Shown in pieces: positions 45,909 to 55,683 of a stretch of DNA of 64,000 nucleotides. The stretch lies in the IMG/VR virus record IMGVR_UViG_3300025066_000012, positions 1 through 64,000 of that record. One strand, given 5' to 3'. A program made the position numbers and the translations under genes. Origin of the DNA: a virus. Lineage: Duplodnaviria; Caudoviricetes. The notes under the pieces were generated by a model. The model ran no database searches and had not been told where the DNA came from. It saw only the letters and a program-made list of their open reading frames with translations. Every line of letters starts with the position of its first letter. Positions within the stretch are counted from its first letter, which is position 1.

Positions 45909-48014
45909 TTACCTTGTGGCGAATTTGATAGTACTATCTCCGCCAACTTTAGTTACGTCAACAACGTTATCAAACTTTTCTTTCAATGATTCATCATGGG
46001 TAATTACCAGAATCTTATACTTATCCTCTAGCGCTTTTATCACATTTACGAAAAGAGTCTCAACTCCATAGCGATCTAGCGGAGAGTTTACTTCATCCAA
46101 CAAGAGAAACTCTAGCGAGGAGCCTCCGTATCGACTGGACATATCGCTTAACCCAATCCTGAGAGCCAAGGAAATTCTAAATTTCTCACCACCACTTAGT
46201 GACTTAAAGTTTTGTAGATATCCATCCTTTTGGACCTTAAGATCTAACGTTTCTATTGTCGAAACTCCATCCGATCCTAATCGCTGTGTTTCGAGCACGA
46301 TAGCTACTGGCTCATTACATATTGAGGCCAGAATTACATTTGATGTCTTTTCCAAGTCTTCTATGATTGTATCTAGCAGAACTGCTTGAATTCCGCTCTT
46401 TCCGAACATTCGTCCAAGCTTTTCAAAGACGGCTATTTTCTTCAGTTTCGCGGAAATATTCTTTTTGTCTTCTGATATCTTCTCAAAAGACTTTGCCAGA
46501 TTACTTTCTCTTTCGAGAAGCCGCCCGATATTTATATCCTCTTTGGTTATCTTTTCTGTAAGATCTTCTTTTTCTGCCTTCAGTGCCTTGATATGCTTTC
46601 GGAGCGTTTGAAAATCCTCATTCTTTATAGACTCAAGAAGGGTCTTGTTAGTCTTCAATCGACCTAAGGCTTTATCCCTAAGGCTCACTAGGTCGGCCAA
46701 TTCAACATTATGCTTAACAATGTTATCGTTCACTATTGTTAACTTATAATTCTCAGACTCAAGCCGATCCGTTGCCTTCGTGATCTCCTTGTTGTCTGCT
46801 TGGGTCTTCAGAAGACGATTCAGTTCTTTGTCTATTTTTACGATTTCTTCGGCAGCAATACCTCGTTTCTTTAAATATTCATCCTTCTTAGAGGTAATAT
46901 CGGACTTTAGCGAATCATAAAGCTCCTGTCCAATTTCCTGCCGGCAAACGTAACAATGATCGTGAGATATATTAATATCATTAAGATTTTTAATCAGCTC
47001 ATCTGATGAACTTTTTTCAACCTTATTAGACGATAGCTCAGCTTTTAAATCGCTAAGCTTATCTTCGCTAACTTCTACTATATTCTTACCACTTAAATAA
47101 TTATTTAGCTTTTCAACTGTGCCCGAAAGCGGAACCTTCTCCAGCTCCAAGCCCTTAATCTTTTCGATATATGCCTTAATCTGTTTGGAAAGGCCAGCCT
47201 CTTTAGCCTTTAGTGTGGCTATCTCCTCTGTAGCTTTATCATAAGTATCCGTATCAAGGGATCGCTTTAAAGCTAAATACTTCTCCTCTAAAGAGGAAAC
47301 ATCGCTAATGCATGAGCCCTTTCGCTTGGTTAATGCTTCTGATTTTAATTTGGATTCAGCAATTTCAAGCCTAACACCCTCAAGGCCCTTGTGGGTTTCG
47401 TCATACTCTTCAACTGATTTCTTAAGAACCTTGCACTCAAGAGTAATTTCCTTGGCCTTTTTTCTGGCCTCCTTTTCGTATTTATCCCACCTTGATATAT
47501 CAACTATTGATTTTAAAATCTCTTTCTTCTTCGAAGCTTCCACTTCTGCAAACTCAGAAATATCATTTTGTCGGAAGTAGATAGAGTTTACAAAAGTCTT
47601 ATGATCAAGCTTAATGATTTCTTCGATCTTCTTGTTCGTGCTACCAGATGTAGAACAGGAAATATCTATCCAGTCCCCGGCTTTATCTAAATAGCTCAAC
47701 TCAACAACAGAGCTTGATGTAATCCGATTTCTAGTTCTGTTTACTCGATATACTTTATCCTCATGTTTGAATTCGATAACTACAGCACAGGAGGCTTCGC
47801 CCCACCGAATTATATCGTCCATCATCATGGATCTAGATTTATTAAACAAGCCCCACAGAATAGCTTCAAAGACCACAGACTTTCCTGATCCATTACTCTT
47901 CGTGTAATCTCCTTCTGTGTTTCCAATCAGGAGGGCTGAGTCAAATTTTGAAAAATCAATCTCGCTCTCCTTGTGGGAGAAAAAGTTTTTTATTTTTAAA
48001 TTAATTGGAATCAT
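45909..48014 (-). CDS. sbcC: SbcC/Rad50-like SMC ATPase
   Basis: Walker A SNGSGKS, Q-loop YFRQ, zinc hook CYVC, signature LSGGEK, Walker B LLLDE, VITH. Confidence 0.92.
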   Translation of the reverse strand: MIPINLKIKNFFSHKESEIDFSKFDSALLIGNTEGDYTKSNGSGKSVVFEAILWGLFNKSRSMMMDDIIRWGEASCAVVIEFKHEDKVYRVNRTRNRITSSSVVELSYLDKAGDWIDISCSTSGSTNKKIEEIIKLDHKTFVNSIYFRQNDISEFAEVEASKKKEILKSIVDISRWDKYEKEARKKAKEITLECKVLKKSVEEYDETHKGLEGVRLEIAESKLKSEALTKRKGSCISDVSSLEEKYLALKRSLDTDTYDKATEEIATLKAKEAGLSKQIKAYIEKIKGLELEKVPLSGTVEKLNNYLSGKNIVEVSEDKLSDLKAELSSNKVEKSSSDELIKNLNDINISHDHCYVCRQEIGQELYDSLKSDITSKKDEYLKKRGIAAEEIVKIDKELNRLLKTQADNKEITKATDRLESENYKLTIVNDNIVKHNVELADLVSLRDKALGRLKTNKTLLESIKNEDFQTLRKHIKALKAEKEDLTEKITKEDINIGRLLERESNLAKSFEKISEDKKNISAKLKKIAVFEKLGRMFGKSGIQAVLLDTIIEDLEKTSNVILASICNEPVAIVLETQRLGSDGVSTIETLDLKVQKDGYLQNFKSLSGGEKFRISLALRIGLSDMSSRYGGSSLEFLLLDEVNSPLDRYGVETLFVNVIKALEDKYKILVITHDESLKEKFDNVVDVTKVGGDSTIKFATR

Positions 48015-49180
48015 ATGCCTCCCATAATTGTTTTGGCTTCTTTCAACAAAATCTTTTTATATTCTTTGTCAATATCTTGTGATCCAGAAAACGCCTTAAA
48101 CATAGAGTAATCATCTTTATATTTGGTAATTTCGATATCTCGAATGATTCGTTTCGCAGCTACTTCGACAATAACCTTTGAGACAAAGAACGCTCCATTA
48201 TCATAAAGCTTTGTCTGTATGCTCTTCTTATCTACAGCCGGCAACACTTGCTCGTCTATGGCGACTCGAAACCTTACCACTTTCCCATTAATATCGAAAG
48301 CTCCAATCGCATCATCTAAGTTCTTTATAATCTGTGAAAAATCAGATCCAGTTAAATCATGAGACATATCCAGCAATCCTCTTACTGGTATTTTTCGGAA
48401 CTTGGCACGCTTCCTGCTTATATCATAATCTACAAAGTACTTATCAACATTGGCATCCCCAAAGTTTGACTTTTCCATTGAGCCAGTATATATGCAAACT
48501 GGAGAGCTTGTTCTTACGATTCGATGTTGATGAACATGGCCCATCATAGCTACATCACACCCCGTGAAGGCTAGCGGGTCAGCCATAACCTCTGCGCCGC
48601 CGTAGGCGTTGTAGCTTCCTTCGTAAAAGAAATTGTGCCCAACTGCAACTATCGGGATATTTGGCTCGCAAGTTTTAACTAAAGACTGAACCTCAAGGTC
48701 ATACTCCTTAGATTGTTCTAGGGTATTTTTGCCCTTGTACATGCGCTTATCTCGATAAGGAAGCAGAAGTAGATTTACTTTTTCATCATCTTTGTTTGAC
48801 ACCTGTATAACATCTTGATTTAAAATCATTCTAACATTAGGATATTCACAAGCCCCCAAAGATGAAATTGAGCTGATAAAGTTTTCTCCACTTCGTTTAT
48901 AATCATGGTTGCCCATCAAAATAAATGACGCAATATTTGCATTTGATAGCCGCTTAAGCGCTCGATCTATAATTCCCATATGCTCAGGCTCGGGATCTCG
49001 AAACTCAAAAACATCACCAGTTTGAATGAAAATGTCAGCCTTTGTGTCGATTACGTAATCAATTACGTAATTTAAACTCGCTTCGTAATCATCAACCCTT
49101 GTGTTGCCGCCAGTTCCGTTTGGCCTCCCTAGCCCAAACACAGCGCCCATATGAACATCTCCACACACTATTACTCTCAT
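48011..49180 (-). CDS. sbcD: SbcD/Mre11-like nuclease
   Basis: GDVHMG, TGDVF, MGNHD, MGHVH and YTGS metallophosphoesterase motifs. Adjacent to SbcC. Confidence 0.92.
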   Translation of the reverse strand: MRVIVCGDVHMGAVFGLGRPNGTGGNTRVDDYEASLNYVIDYVIDTKADIFIQTGDVFEFRDPEPEHMGIIDRALKRLSNANIASFILMGNHDYKRSGENFISSISSLGACEYPNVRMILNQDVIQVSNKDDEKVNLLLLPYRDKRMYKGKNTLEQSKEYDLEVQSLVKTCEPNIPIVAVGHNFFYEGSYNAYGGAEVMADPLAFTGCDVAMMGHVHQHRIVRTSSPVCIYTGSMEKSNFGDANVDKYFVDYDISRKRAKFRKIPVRGLLDMSHDLTGSDFSQIIKNLDDAIGAFDINGKVVRFRVAIDEQVLPAVDKKSIQTKLYDNGAFFVSKVIVEVAAKRIIRDIEITKYKDDYSMFKAFSGSQDIDKEYKKILLKEAKTIMGGI

Positions 49181-49716
49181 ACGCCTGGATACCTCCGCTT
49201 TAAAATCTGCTTTAATTTTTTCTGTACCTCTCTAGCGCCAATAACATCTTTACGATCTAGTAGGGTCAACTTTAAATCCATTTTTTTAATCAAAAGACCA
49301 ATCCACTCTAGATCATCTTGATGATTTGTCTGCGCTTTTCTAATTTCAGTAGAGATTTCCAGCAAGACCGAGAAATTGTTTTGCTTATTTTCTGCGGCGC
49401 AAACCTTAACTTTGGATGGATCAACTACCTTTGACAGGTCTTCCAAGGCCTCCGAAAAGCTTTTCTCTGTGCAAAGCATGTAAAAATCTATAACGTTATT
49501 TGAGGCCCCACATCCAAAACAATAAAAATTATTATTGATATTATCAATATATAGCGAACCAGTTCTCTCCAATCCAGACTTATGATCTACGGCAGGACAC
49601 TTACACTTATGCGTAAAGTTGCCGCTGTTAGTCTCGATCATAGAGACTCCCTGACTACTTGCTATATCAGAAATCCTCAGAGAAGATAATATCTCTTTTT
49701 TAGAAAAACGTCTCAA
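49177..49716 (-). CDS. CHC2 zinc-finger protein (DnaG zinc-binding-domain-like), stand-alone
   Basis: CP..DH......SL......FYCFGCG...NVIDF......SFSEAL..L. Confidence 0.8.
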   Translation of the reverse strand: MRRFSKKEILSSLRISDIASSQGVSMIETNSGNFTHKCKCPAVDHKSGLERTGSLYIDNINNNFYCFGCGASNNVIDFYMLCTEKSFSEALEDLSKVVDPSKVKVCAAENKQNNFSVLLEISTEIRKAQTNHQDDLEWIGLLIKKMDLKLTLLDRKDVIGAREVQKKLKQILKRRYPGV

Positions 49717-50804
49717 AACAAAATCCTCTCCCAGAGTGGGCGTATCTTCCTTTTAACACCCAAGTTATCTAGCTCTGTATCAATGTCAATAATATTTGGG
49801 GCCCTAAATAATTTAGGCTCTGATAATGTTCCGTCCAAATATAGCCCAGTTCCAATATCAGATATCTTTTCTGCTCCACCGGTGTCCAATATAATCCTGC
49901 TATCTACTGCAGATGCAACTTTTAGAGCAATTCTTGCTGGAAAGTTTGCCTTCATTAAGCCGGATATAACGGTTGCTGACGGCCTCTGGGTCGCCAGAAT
50001 TATAGATATACCTGCGGCACGGCCCTTCTGAGCCAACAAACATAGCTTCTTTTGTATCAACTTATCTTGCAAGGTTAGATCTGCCCACTCATCAATAACT
50101 AAGACAATTGGCTCCATAAATGTTTTTCGCTTTGCTTTCGCGTTATATTCCTTTGCACTTCTTGTTTTTGATCGCTGCAAGAAAACAAAACGCTCTTCCA
50201 TTATTTTGGTGATATCTTCTATTATATCTGTAGCCTCTTCTGCTGAATGCACAATTCTCCTTACAGAGGAGACTCCCTTGTAGCAAGAGAACTCGACCAT
50301 CTTTGGATCTATAAGGTAGATGATTGAGTCGCCACCAATTAGTGACAATATAAAGTTATGCAATAGCACGCTCTTCCCTGAGCCAGTAGTTCCCCCTATT
50401 AGAATGTTTGGCATCTTATTAAGATCTAAACTTATAGTGTTTCCGTGTGCGTCAACGCCGAGGGCCACAGGAACATAGTGCTCCCTATTTAAGGTCTGAT
50501 ACGTTTCTGCAAAGGATGGCGATGGAATCTGCCGAGTCTGTATATGAAGTCTATACACTCCGCTGTTCATTGCCGTAAAGCCAGTCGGATAAGAGTAAGC
50601 TCTGAGGGCAGTGCCCAAGTCCCTTAGAGAGCGATCTATCTTTAGAGAGCTCTCTCCCTGCTTTAATGATATATCATATATATCGATATATTCTTTTTCC
50701 TCTAAAAAAACGGAGTCAACCTTTATTTTAAACGCAGTAAGCAGGCTCTTTAAATTATCTTCTTTTGTTTTCTCGAAAATTTGGACCCGGTTCTCTTCCG
50801 ACAT
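49713..50804 (-). CDS. ftsK: FtsK/SpoIIIE-family ATPase (motor domain only)
   Basis: DL.KMPNILIGGTTGSGKS, LIDPKMVEF, LVIDEWADL, LAQKGRAAGI, LATQRPS, DSRIILD.GGAEK. Confidence 0.88.
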   Translation of the reverse strand: MSEENRVQIFEKTKEDNLKSLLTAFKIKVDSVFLEEKEYIDIYDISLKQGESSLKIDRSLRDLGTALRAYSYPTGFTAMNSGVYRLHIQTRQIPSPSFAETYQTLNREHYVPVALGVDAHGNTISLDLNKMPNILIGGTTGSGKSVLLHNFILSLIGGDSIIYLIDPKMVEFSCYKGVSSVRRIVHSAEEATDIIEDITKIMEERFVFLQRSKTRSAKEYNAKAKRKTFMEPIVLVIDEWADLTLQDKLIQKKLCLLAQKGRAAGISIILATQRPSATVISGLMKANFPARIALKVASAVDSRIILDTGGAEKISDIGTGLYLDGTLSEPKLFRAPNIIDIDTELDNLGVKRKIRPLWERILF

Positions 50805-50991
50805 TAATACTCTTAACCTCCTCTAGAATGTCCTGCAGCGCCGCACGATATCCTATACGTGCAATATAGGCACCGTCCTTTGTGGGGTCCAGAGAAAATT
50901 TGCTAGCCTCATCTTTCAGGAGTCTAATAATTTCATTATTCTTTGATATCTTTTCAAGAATTAATGAGATTAATTTTTCCTTAGCTATCAT
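50755..50991 (-). CDS. Small hypothetical protein
   Basis: 78-aa ORF in the operon. Confidence 0.6.
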   Translation of the reverse strand: MIAKEKLISLILEKISKNNEIIRLLKDEASKFSLDPTKDGAYIARIGYRAALQDILEEVKSINVGREPGPNFRENKRR

Positions 50992-51341
50992 TTCGCTCCC
51001 TGATTTTTCTTTACCCTATCAATTTCCCTCTTAAGCTCTCTTATCTCTAAGGCTAACTTAATATTATCATCTCTTAATTTTAGTGACGATCTTAGCGATA
51101 GAACTATAAGGCCAAAGATTCCCTCTCCTGGGTTTGCCTCATCTAGTGAATCTGCTGCCACCAATAACCTATTCAAGGTAGATACAACATTTTTATGATA
51201 TCCAGGTGTTTGATTATCAGGATGTGTCTTATCTGAAAGAAGCTTTTTGTAATCATTGAAGGCTGCCTCTGTATCGTTTCGTGCCTTCTCTTTTTTTGAA
51301 TCTAAATATCGATTATTTGTAGGAACCCTTACATCAGACAT
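50988..51341 (-). CDS. Hypothetical coiled-coil protein
   Basis: 117-aa ORF with AGGAGG SD. Confidence 0.75.
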   Translation of the reverse strand: MSDVRVPTNNRYLDSKKEKARNDTEAAFNDYKKLLSDKTHPDNQTPGYHKNVVSTLNRLLVAADSLDEANPGEGIFGLIVLSLRSSLKLRDDNIKLALEIRELKREIDRVKKNQGAK

Positions 51342-51663
51342 TGAAGCCCTCCTTTGATATCAGCATTATATATATGCCACATCTTTTGTGCATTCTTAGA
51401 AAAGCCTGTATTTCATGCAGTCCTTCTTCGCTTATAATACCGAATTGTCTGTATAAAAAATTTATTATATTAACACACTTGTTATGATCATTGCACGGAG
51501 CATCAAACAGATTACATGCATGCCCCAAAAAGTGGGAAGCCTTTTCTCTGGTTTCTTTTTTAACTTTTGATAGATCTACGATTGGGTTAACTATAGAATT
51601 GCAGCAAATAAATCCAGACTCTTCGACATGGCCGTTACAGCCAAATAAGATCAAAACATCCAT
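51334..51663 (-). CDS. Hypothetical Cys/His-rich protein
   Basis: 109-aa ORF with AGGA SD. Confidence 0.7.
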   Translation of the reverse strand: MDVLILFGCNGHVEESGFICCNSIVNPIVDLSKVKKETREKASHFLGHACNLFDAPCNDHNKCVNIINFLYRQFGIISEEGLHEIQAFLRMHKRCGIYIMLISKEGFNV

Positions 51664-51750
51664 TAATTTCCTATAGCCTTACGACTTATGCGGCAGAATC
51701 AAAACAATATAGCTAGGATTAATTGGCCGTTATGTCCAAACCCACAATGA

Positions 51751-53373
51751 TTACCAAGTCCATTCAATCTGACAGTATATAAGGTGTACGTCATCTTCAT
51801 ATTCATCTTCTTCGTGCTCGCCAATCCTTCCAATGCGAATATGAATATATCCAGTGTTACTAGTTGCTAGCGCAACACTAGCGTGAGTAGCTATTCCGAC
51901 CTTAAGATTCCCTACTATTAGCGTTTGGACGTTGTCTGCAGCCCAAGTAAACGAAAAGGGATCGCCCTGAACTTGAACATCAATTCCGCCGCTATCGCTA
52001 TAAGACATTCCTGTAGCTATTTCCCCGTCGGGCTGGGAGCCCTCCCCTACCCACGCCGTAGTTACTACAAAGCTAGCCGGATTAGCTCCGGATGCATTTT
52101 TCGGAACAGCAACAGGGAAAGACGCATAATAGGAACCGGAAGCAGGATAATTTTTCGAAAGGGCACAAACATCGCCAGCTGCAGTTCCAGTGCCTGAGTA
52201 TATTTTGTCATCTGACGGATTAGCCCCGTGAGAACATAAATTGTGTGGCATAACCTGTGTCGCCGTTGTTGTCGGAACTCCAGATGGAGCACCTGCCGCT
52301 ATCTTCACCGTGTCGGTCCCGGCAGTCGCTGTTAAAGTAATTCCTGCACCAGCAGTTAAGTTGAGGGTATCTGTTGCACTATCCGCCTCAACGGGGCCTC
52401 CAGCGGCGGTTCCTCCGTCAGCGGCAACAGTTACTGTGGAAAATAAATTTTGTTCAGCGGGAGCCTGCGAAACAAACTCGCTTACTCCGTCATAAACCAG
52501 AACGTCACCAGAGCTCGGAGCAAGCGGGCTCGCAACTGTAACACCCTGAATCTTTCGAGCATCCCACCAAGCAGCGTCATTAAGCGCTGTAATCCCTGCG
52601 GCGGTCTTGGCCAAAACTATATCGCCAGATACATCAATTTCAAGAGAGAACTCAGATCCAGTTAATTCAATTCCTTGTCCATCAGCAGTATAAGCACCAA
52701 TTGCAGCATCTGTATAGAAGTCTCCGTTAGCATCTATACCGAGCGGAGTTCCTCCAGATCCAGATGGAATTCCGGTAATTCTGATTGGCGGATTAACTGC
52801 GTCTACAATGTGCAAAGCCCTAACTGGAGTTACTGTTCCTATGCCTACTCGGCTAGTATCATAGTCGTAAACAAATCCGTTGTCGCCGCCGAACGCACCA
52901 GCATCATTAAACTGAACGTTCTTATCTGATCCACCAGCAGAGGAAGATAGGTCTAAGTAGTATTTCTTTTCACCGCTAACCGGGTTTTCTATGTATTCCG
53001 GTATGGCGAGATTAACCAATGGATCTCCAGATAGAAGCGCAGCAGCCCTTCTTGACGCCGGGGATCCATATACAAGATCAGAATAGCTTTGGATATTGAC
53101 ATGCTGAACTGCCGGAATTGTCCCGTTGTATCCTCCGAGGTTTGCGTGAGCCAACTGGCCTCGCACATGGCCTCCATCTGTTAAAAGGACTTTAGAGGAG
53201 CGTCCGTTCGCGTGCGTGCCATCGTGTACGTGTCCAGCGACAAGTGGGTGAAACGCATCAACGACTGTATTATATCCGTATTCTCCGCCGTACAAACGGT
53301 TCATTACATCCGCCGTGACAATTGTCACGGCGGATGTATATCTAGTTAATTGAGTGTCGGTATCGTTGGCCAT
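51751..53373 (-). CDS. Putative tail/capsid fibre-like structural protein
   Basis: Fibre-type motifs GHVHDG, GGSDKNVQFNDAGAFGG, RVGIGTVTP, YTADGQGIEL, GDVLVYDG and LNLTAGAGITLT. Confidence 0.65.
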   Translation of the reverse strand: MANDTDTQLTRYTSAVTIVTADVMNRLYGGEYGYNTVVDAFHPLVAGHVHDGTHANGRSSKVLLTDGGHVRGQLAHANLGGYNGTIPAVQHVNIQSYSDLVYGSPASRRAAALLSGDPLVNLAIPEYIENPVSGEKKYYLDLSSSAGGSDKNVQFNDAGAFGGDNGFVYDYDTSRVGIGTVTPVRALHIVDAVNPPIRITGIPSGSGGTPLGIDANGDFYTDAAIGAYTADGQGIELTGSEFSLEIDVSGDIVLAKTAAGITALNDAAWWDARKIQGVTVASPLAPSSGDVLVYDGVSEFVSQAPAEQNLFSTVTVAADGGTAAGGPVEADSATDTLNLTAGAGITLTATAGTDTVKIAAGAPSGVPTTTATQVMPHNLCSHGANPSDDKIYSGTGTAAGDVCALSKNYPASGSYYASFPVAVPKNASGANPASFVVTTAWVGEGSQPDGEIATGMSYSDSGGIDVQVQGDPFSFTWAADNVQTLIVGNLKVGIATHASVALATSNTGYIHIRIGRIGEHEEDEYEDDVHLIYCQIEWTW

Positions 53374-53404
53374 TTAAGATAGGCTCCCATAAATATTCGC
53401 CATT

Positions 53405-53689
53405 TTATTTGATATTCTTAAAATGCTTTTTAATTTTATCACTAACCTTAAACTTCACTGATTGATAAGTGTCCAACACCATTTCTTCTTGAGTTTTTGG
53501 GTTTCTAACTGGCCGCGCGGCGTGAGTATATAGGTAGTACTTTCCGAATCCAACAACTGATACTTCTCCGTCTTCCTCTAGGCCCTCTAAGATCGAGGCG
53601 ATTGTTGCATCCAACACTTGGTATGCCTCCTTCTGAGAGAGTAGAGTCTTCGAAGCAATTCTTTTTGCCAATTCTTTCTTGTTTATCAT
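53405..53689 (-). CDS. hup: HU/IHF-family DNA-binding protein
   Basis: MINKKELAKRIA, V.VVGFGKY, RNPKTQE, VKFK.S. Confidence 0.9.
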   Translation of the reverse strand: MINKKELAKRIASKTLLSQKEAYQVLDATIASILEGLEEDGEVSVVGFGKYYLYTHAARPVRNPKTQEEMVLDTYQSVKFKVSDKIKKHFKNIK

Positions 53690-53761
53690 AAGTTCAACTT
53701 GTCCTCACGCACGCATGAACACGTGTGTTATATCTATAAGGCTATAATTATTAATAGTAAA

Positions 53762-53965
53762 TCAAAGTATATCGTTATCAAATTTCCCATAAAATTTTCT
53801 GGACTTATCTAGGTCTGCGTCCAATTCTTTTGGCTTCTGTGCATAATAATTATAAACATCAATTAAATCATTTTCATCCATGCTCTTGGTATCAATACCA
53901 TAATTTTGATATATTTCATTTACCTTCTCTTCAAATTTCGTCAACCCTCCGTCTCTATATAACAT
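53762..53965 (-). CDS. Small hypothetical protein
   Basis: 67-aa ORF. Confidence 0.6.
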   Translation of the reverse strand: MLYRDGGLTKFEEKVNEIYQNYGIDTKSMDENDLIDVYNYYAQKPKELDADLDKSRKFYGKFDNDIL

Positions 53966-53979
53966 AATTCAAAAGTCCA

Positions 53980-54351
53980 TTATTTTTTATCTGCTTTTTT
54001 GATAATTTGCCTACAGATTTTCAGCATATCATTTACCGGCATTTTAAGCTTAAATGAGTTTATGCAATATGCACACCAAACAACATTCCCATCTATATAT
54101 CCTTTCTCTGGATCAATACAGTCTAATGACATTTTCAGTGGATCATGTACATGATTCCCATTAACTTTCACTATATTAAGTTCTATATCAGAGTAGAAGC
54201 ATCGTCCGTCTTGCTTGACGAACAGATCTTCTATATACTCTCTTGTAATGGTGAATGGCAGCTGCCTTTTGGAGGCTCGCTTTCTTGCACTTCTTAGTGA
54301 GGATCCGAACATTACGCCGGGATACTCTATACATTTTTCTCTCCACTTCAA
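53980..54351 (-). CDS. Putative HNH-like endonuclease
   Basis: QDGRCFYS...SLDCIDPEKGYIDGNVVWCAYCINSFK pattern typical of phage HNH-like proteins. Confidence 0.65.
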   Translation of the reverse strand: MKWREKCIEYPGVMFGSSLRSARKRASKRQLPFTITREYIEDLFVKQDGRCFYSDIELNIVKVNGNHVHDPLKMSLDCIDPEKGYIDGNVVWCAYCINSFKLKMPVNDMLKICRQIIKKADKK

Positions 54352-54360
54352 AATGCCCCC

Positions 54361-54618
54361 TTATTCCTCTCCCAATGGCTTGTTAAACACATTGACCATG
54401 ACATGAAGGCCCTTTTTCGCCGCAGTAGCTTTAATCACAGTTCTTAACGCTGCAGCAATTCTTCCCTGCTTTCCAATGACCTTCCCAACATCATCCCTTC
54501 CAATTCTAACTTCCAGAAGGAAGCCTTTATCGGATTCGGTCTGAGTTACTTGAACCGAGGTTTCGTCATCAACAATATTTCTGACCATTTCGGTCAACAA
54601 AGACTTAATCTCTAACAT
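54361..54618 (-). CDS. khpA: KH-domain RNA-binding protein KhpA
   Basis: 85 aa; IVD....V.V, DDVGKVIGKQGRIAAALRTV. Confidence 0.88.
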   Translation of the reverse strand: MLEIKSLLTEMVRNIVDDETSVQVTQTESDKGFLLEVRIGRDDVGKVIGKQGRIAAALRTVIKATAAKKGLHVMVNVFNKPLGEE

Positions 54619-54619
54619 T

Positions 54620-55192
54620 TCAAAGCTCCTTTATGCTTATAATTCTTGATGCTACTTCTTCTTTCCTAGGAACAGTAAGCTCCAAAAGGCCATCCTTCAT
54701 TGATGCCGTCGTCTTTTGGACATCAAATGAAGGGTTTATATAAAATCTACTCTTAAAGTTTCTTCTGGCTATGCCGCGAACTATCATGCCCTTTTGAACA
54801 ATAATATTCGGAGTTTTAGCCGGATACTCTTCGATATCGACACCACTTTCCACCTTTGTCGCCAGAACCTCGATAACAGAAGCAGCATTGCCGAGCTCAG
54901 TTCGAATATTTTCTGCCGGCCCAATTGAAGTCAGCTTTGTTCCAGATCCAGTTATACAAATCTCACTGCCCCCGACTTCAAGTGTGACATCTTTTGGAGA
55001 ATATCCCGCAAGAGCAAACGCCATATGAAAGCCGCTATCATCACACCACTGATCACACCTTGGAAATTTTCCAGAAGAAGAAACTTTCTTATTCGAAGAA
55101 ACCTCTCTGAAAAACTCATCATCTGTCCATAGCATTTCCAAAATTCTAGCCGGAACAGAAACCCTGCTAATTACATCCTTTACATCTTTCAT
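54620..55192 (-). CDS. Small heat shock protein (Hsp20/alpha-crystallin)
   Basis: ALAGYS..DV.LEV, RGIARRNF..RF, ASMKDGLLELTVPR. Confidence 0.85.
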   Translation of the reverse strand: MKDVKDVISRVSVPARILEMLWTDDEFFREVSSNKKVSSSGKFPRCDQWCDDSGFHMAFALAGYSPKDVTLEVGGSEICITGSGTKLTSIGPAENIRTELGNAASVIEVLATKVESGVDIEEYPAKTPNIIVQKGMIVRGIARRNFKSRFYINPSFDVQKTTASMKDGLLELTVPRKEEVASRIISIKEL

Positions 55193-55198
55193 ATCAAT

Positions 55199-55504
55199 TT
55201 ATTCCTCGTCTTCAATAGGGGTATCAAGATTTGCAGCAATTGAGTTAGCTGCGTCAACAATATTATGAATGGACCAGCTTGTGACGCTTGCAATTGATGC
55301 TCCAATGATTGGATTGATATCAAAATACAAGGACAAAAGTGCACCGACCCAAACTCCAGTACACATGGAGCAGTTTATGAGCTTTTCTAGCCATAGACTT
55401 TTGGATAAAAGCCTTCTAACTGGAGCCATAAGATCTGATGCAACTATTATTATAGTTATTCCAGCGGAACTTAGACAAAATATTAACAAATCAGTTAAAT
55501 GCAT
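55199..55504 (-). CDS. Small membrane protein (DUF1360-like)
   Basis: Hydrophobic helices and the LINCSMCTGVWVG motif. Confidence 0.6.
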   Translation of the reverse strand: MHLTDLLIFCLSSAGITIIIVASDLMAPVRRLLSKSLWLEKLINCSMCTGVWVGALLSLYFDINPIIGASIASVTSWSIHNIVDAANSIAANLDTPIEDEE

Positions 55505-55575
55505 TCTTCTTCCATTTAGATATAGTTTACTTTATTTATATTTAAATATCAATATTTTTAAGTTAGTCTATGCCG

Positions 55576-55652
55576 AATTGAGGCGGGGCGCAGGAATCCT
55601 GTGAACCTTTTGCCCGAGGAGCGAGCCGCTCGTTTCGCTGCTCGCCTCAATT
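55576..55652 (-). other. GC-rich structured intergenic element, candidate small RNA or leader
   Basis: Outer stem AATTGAGGCG/CGCCTCAATT with inner hairpins GAGCG-agc-CGCTC and CAGG-aat-CCTG. Downstream of a -10-like TAAAATATAAT. Confidence 0.45.
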
Positions 55653-55683
55653 ATATTTTAGGCAGGATATTTGAAGCGGCAAG

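Noticed and set aside
55576-55652. tRNA, hammerhead ribozyme or known riboswitch
   Set aside because: No T-loop/D-loop consensus, no CUGAnGA core and no aptamer consensus that I could recognise. Kept only as an unassigned structured element.
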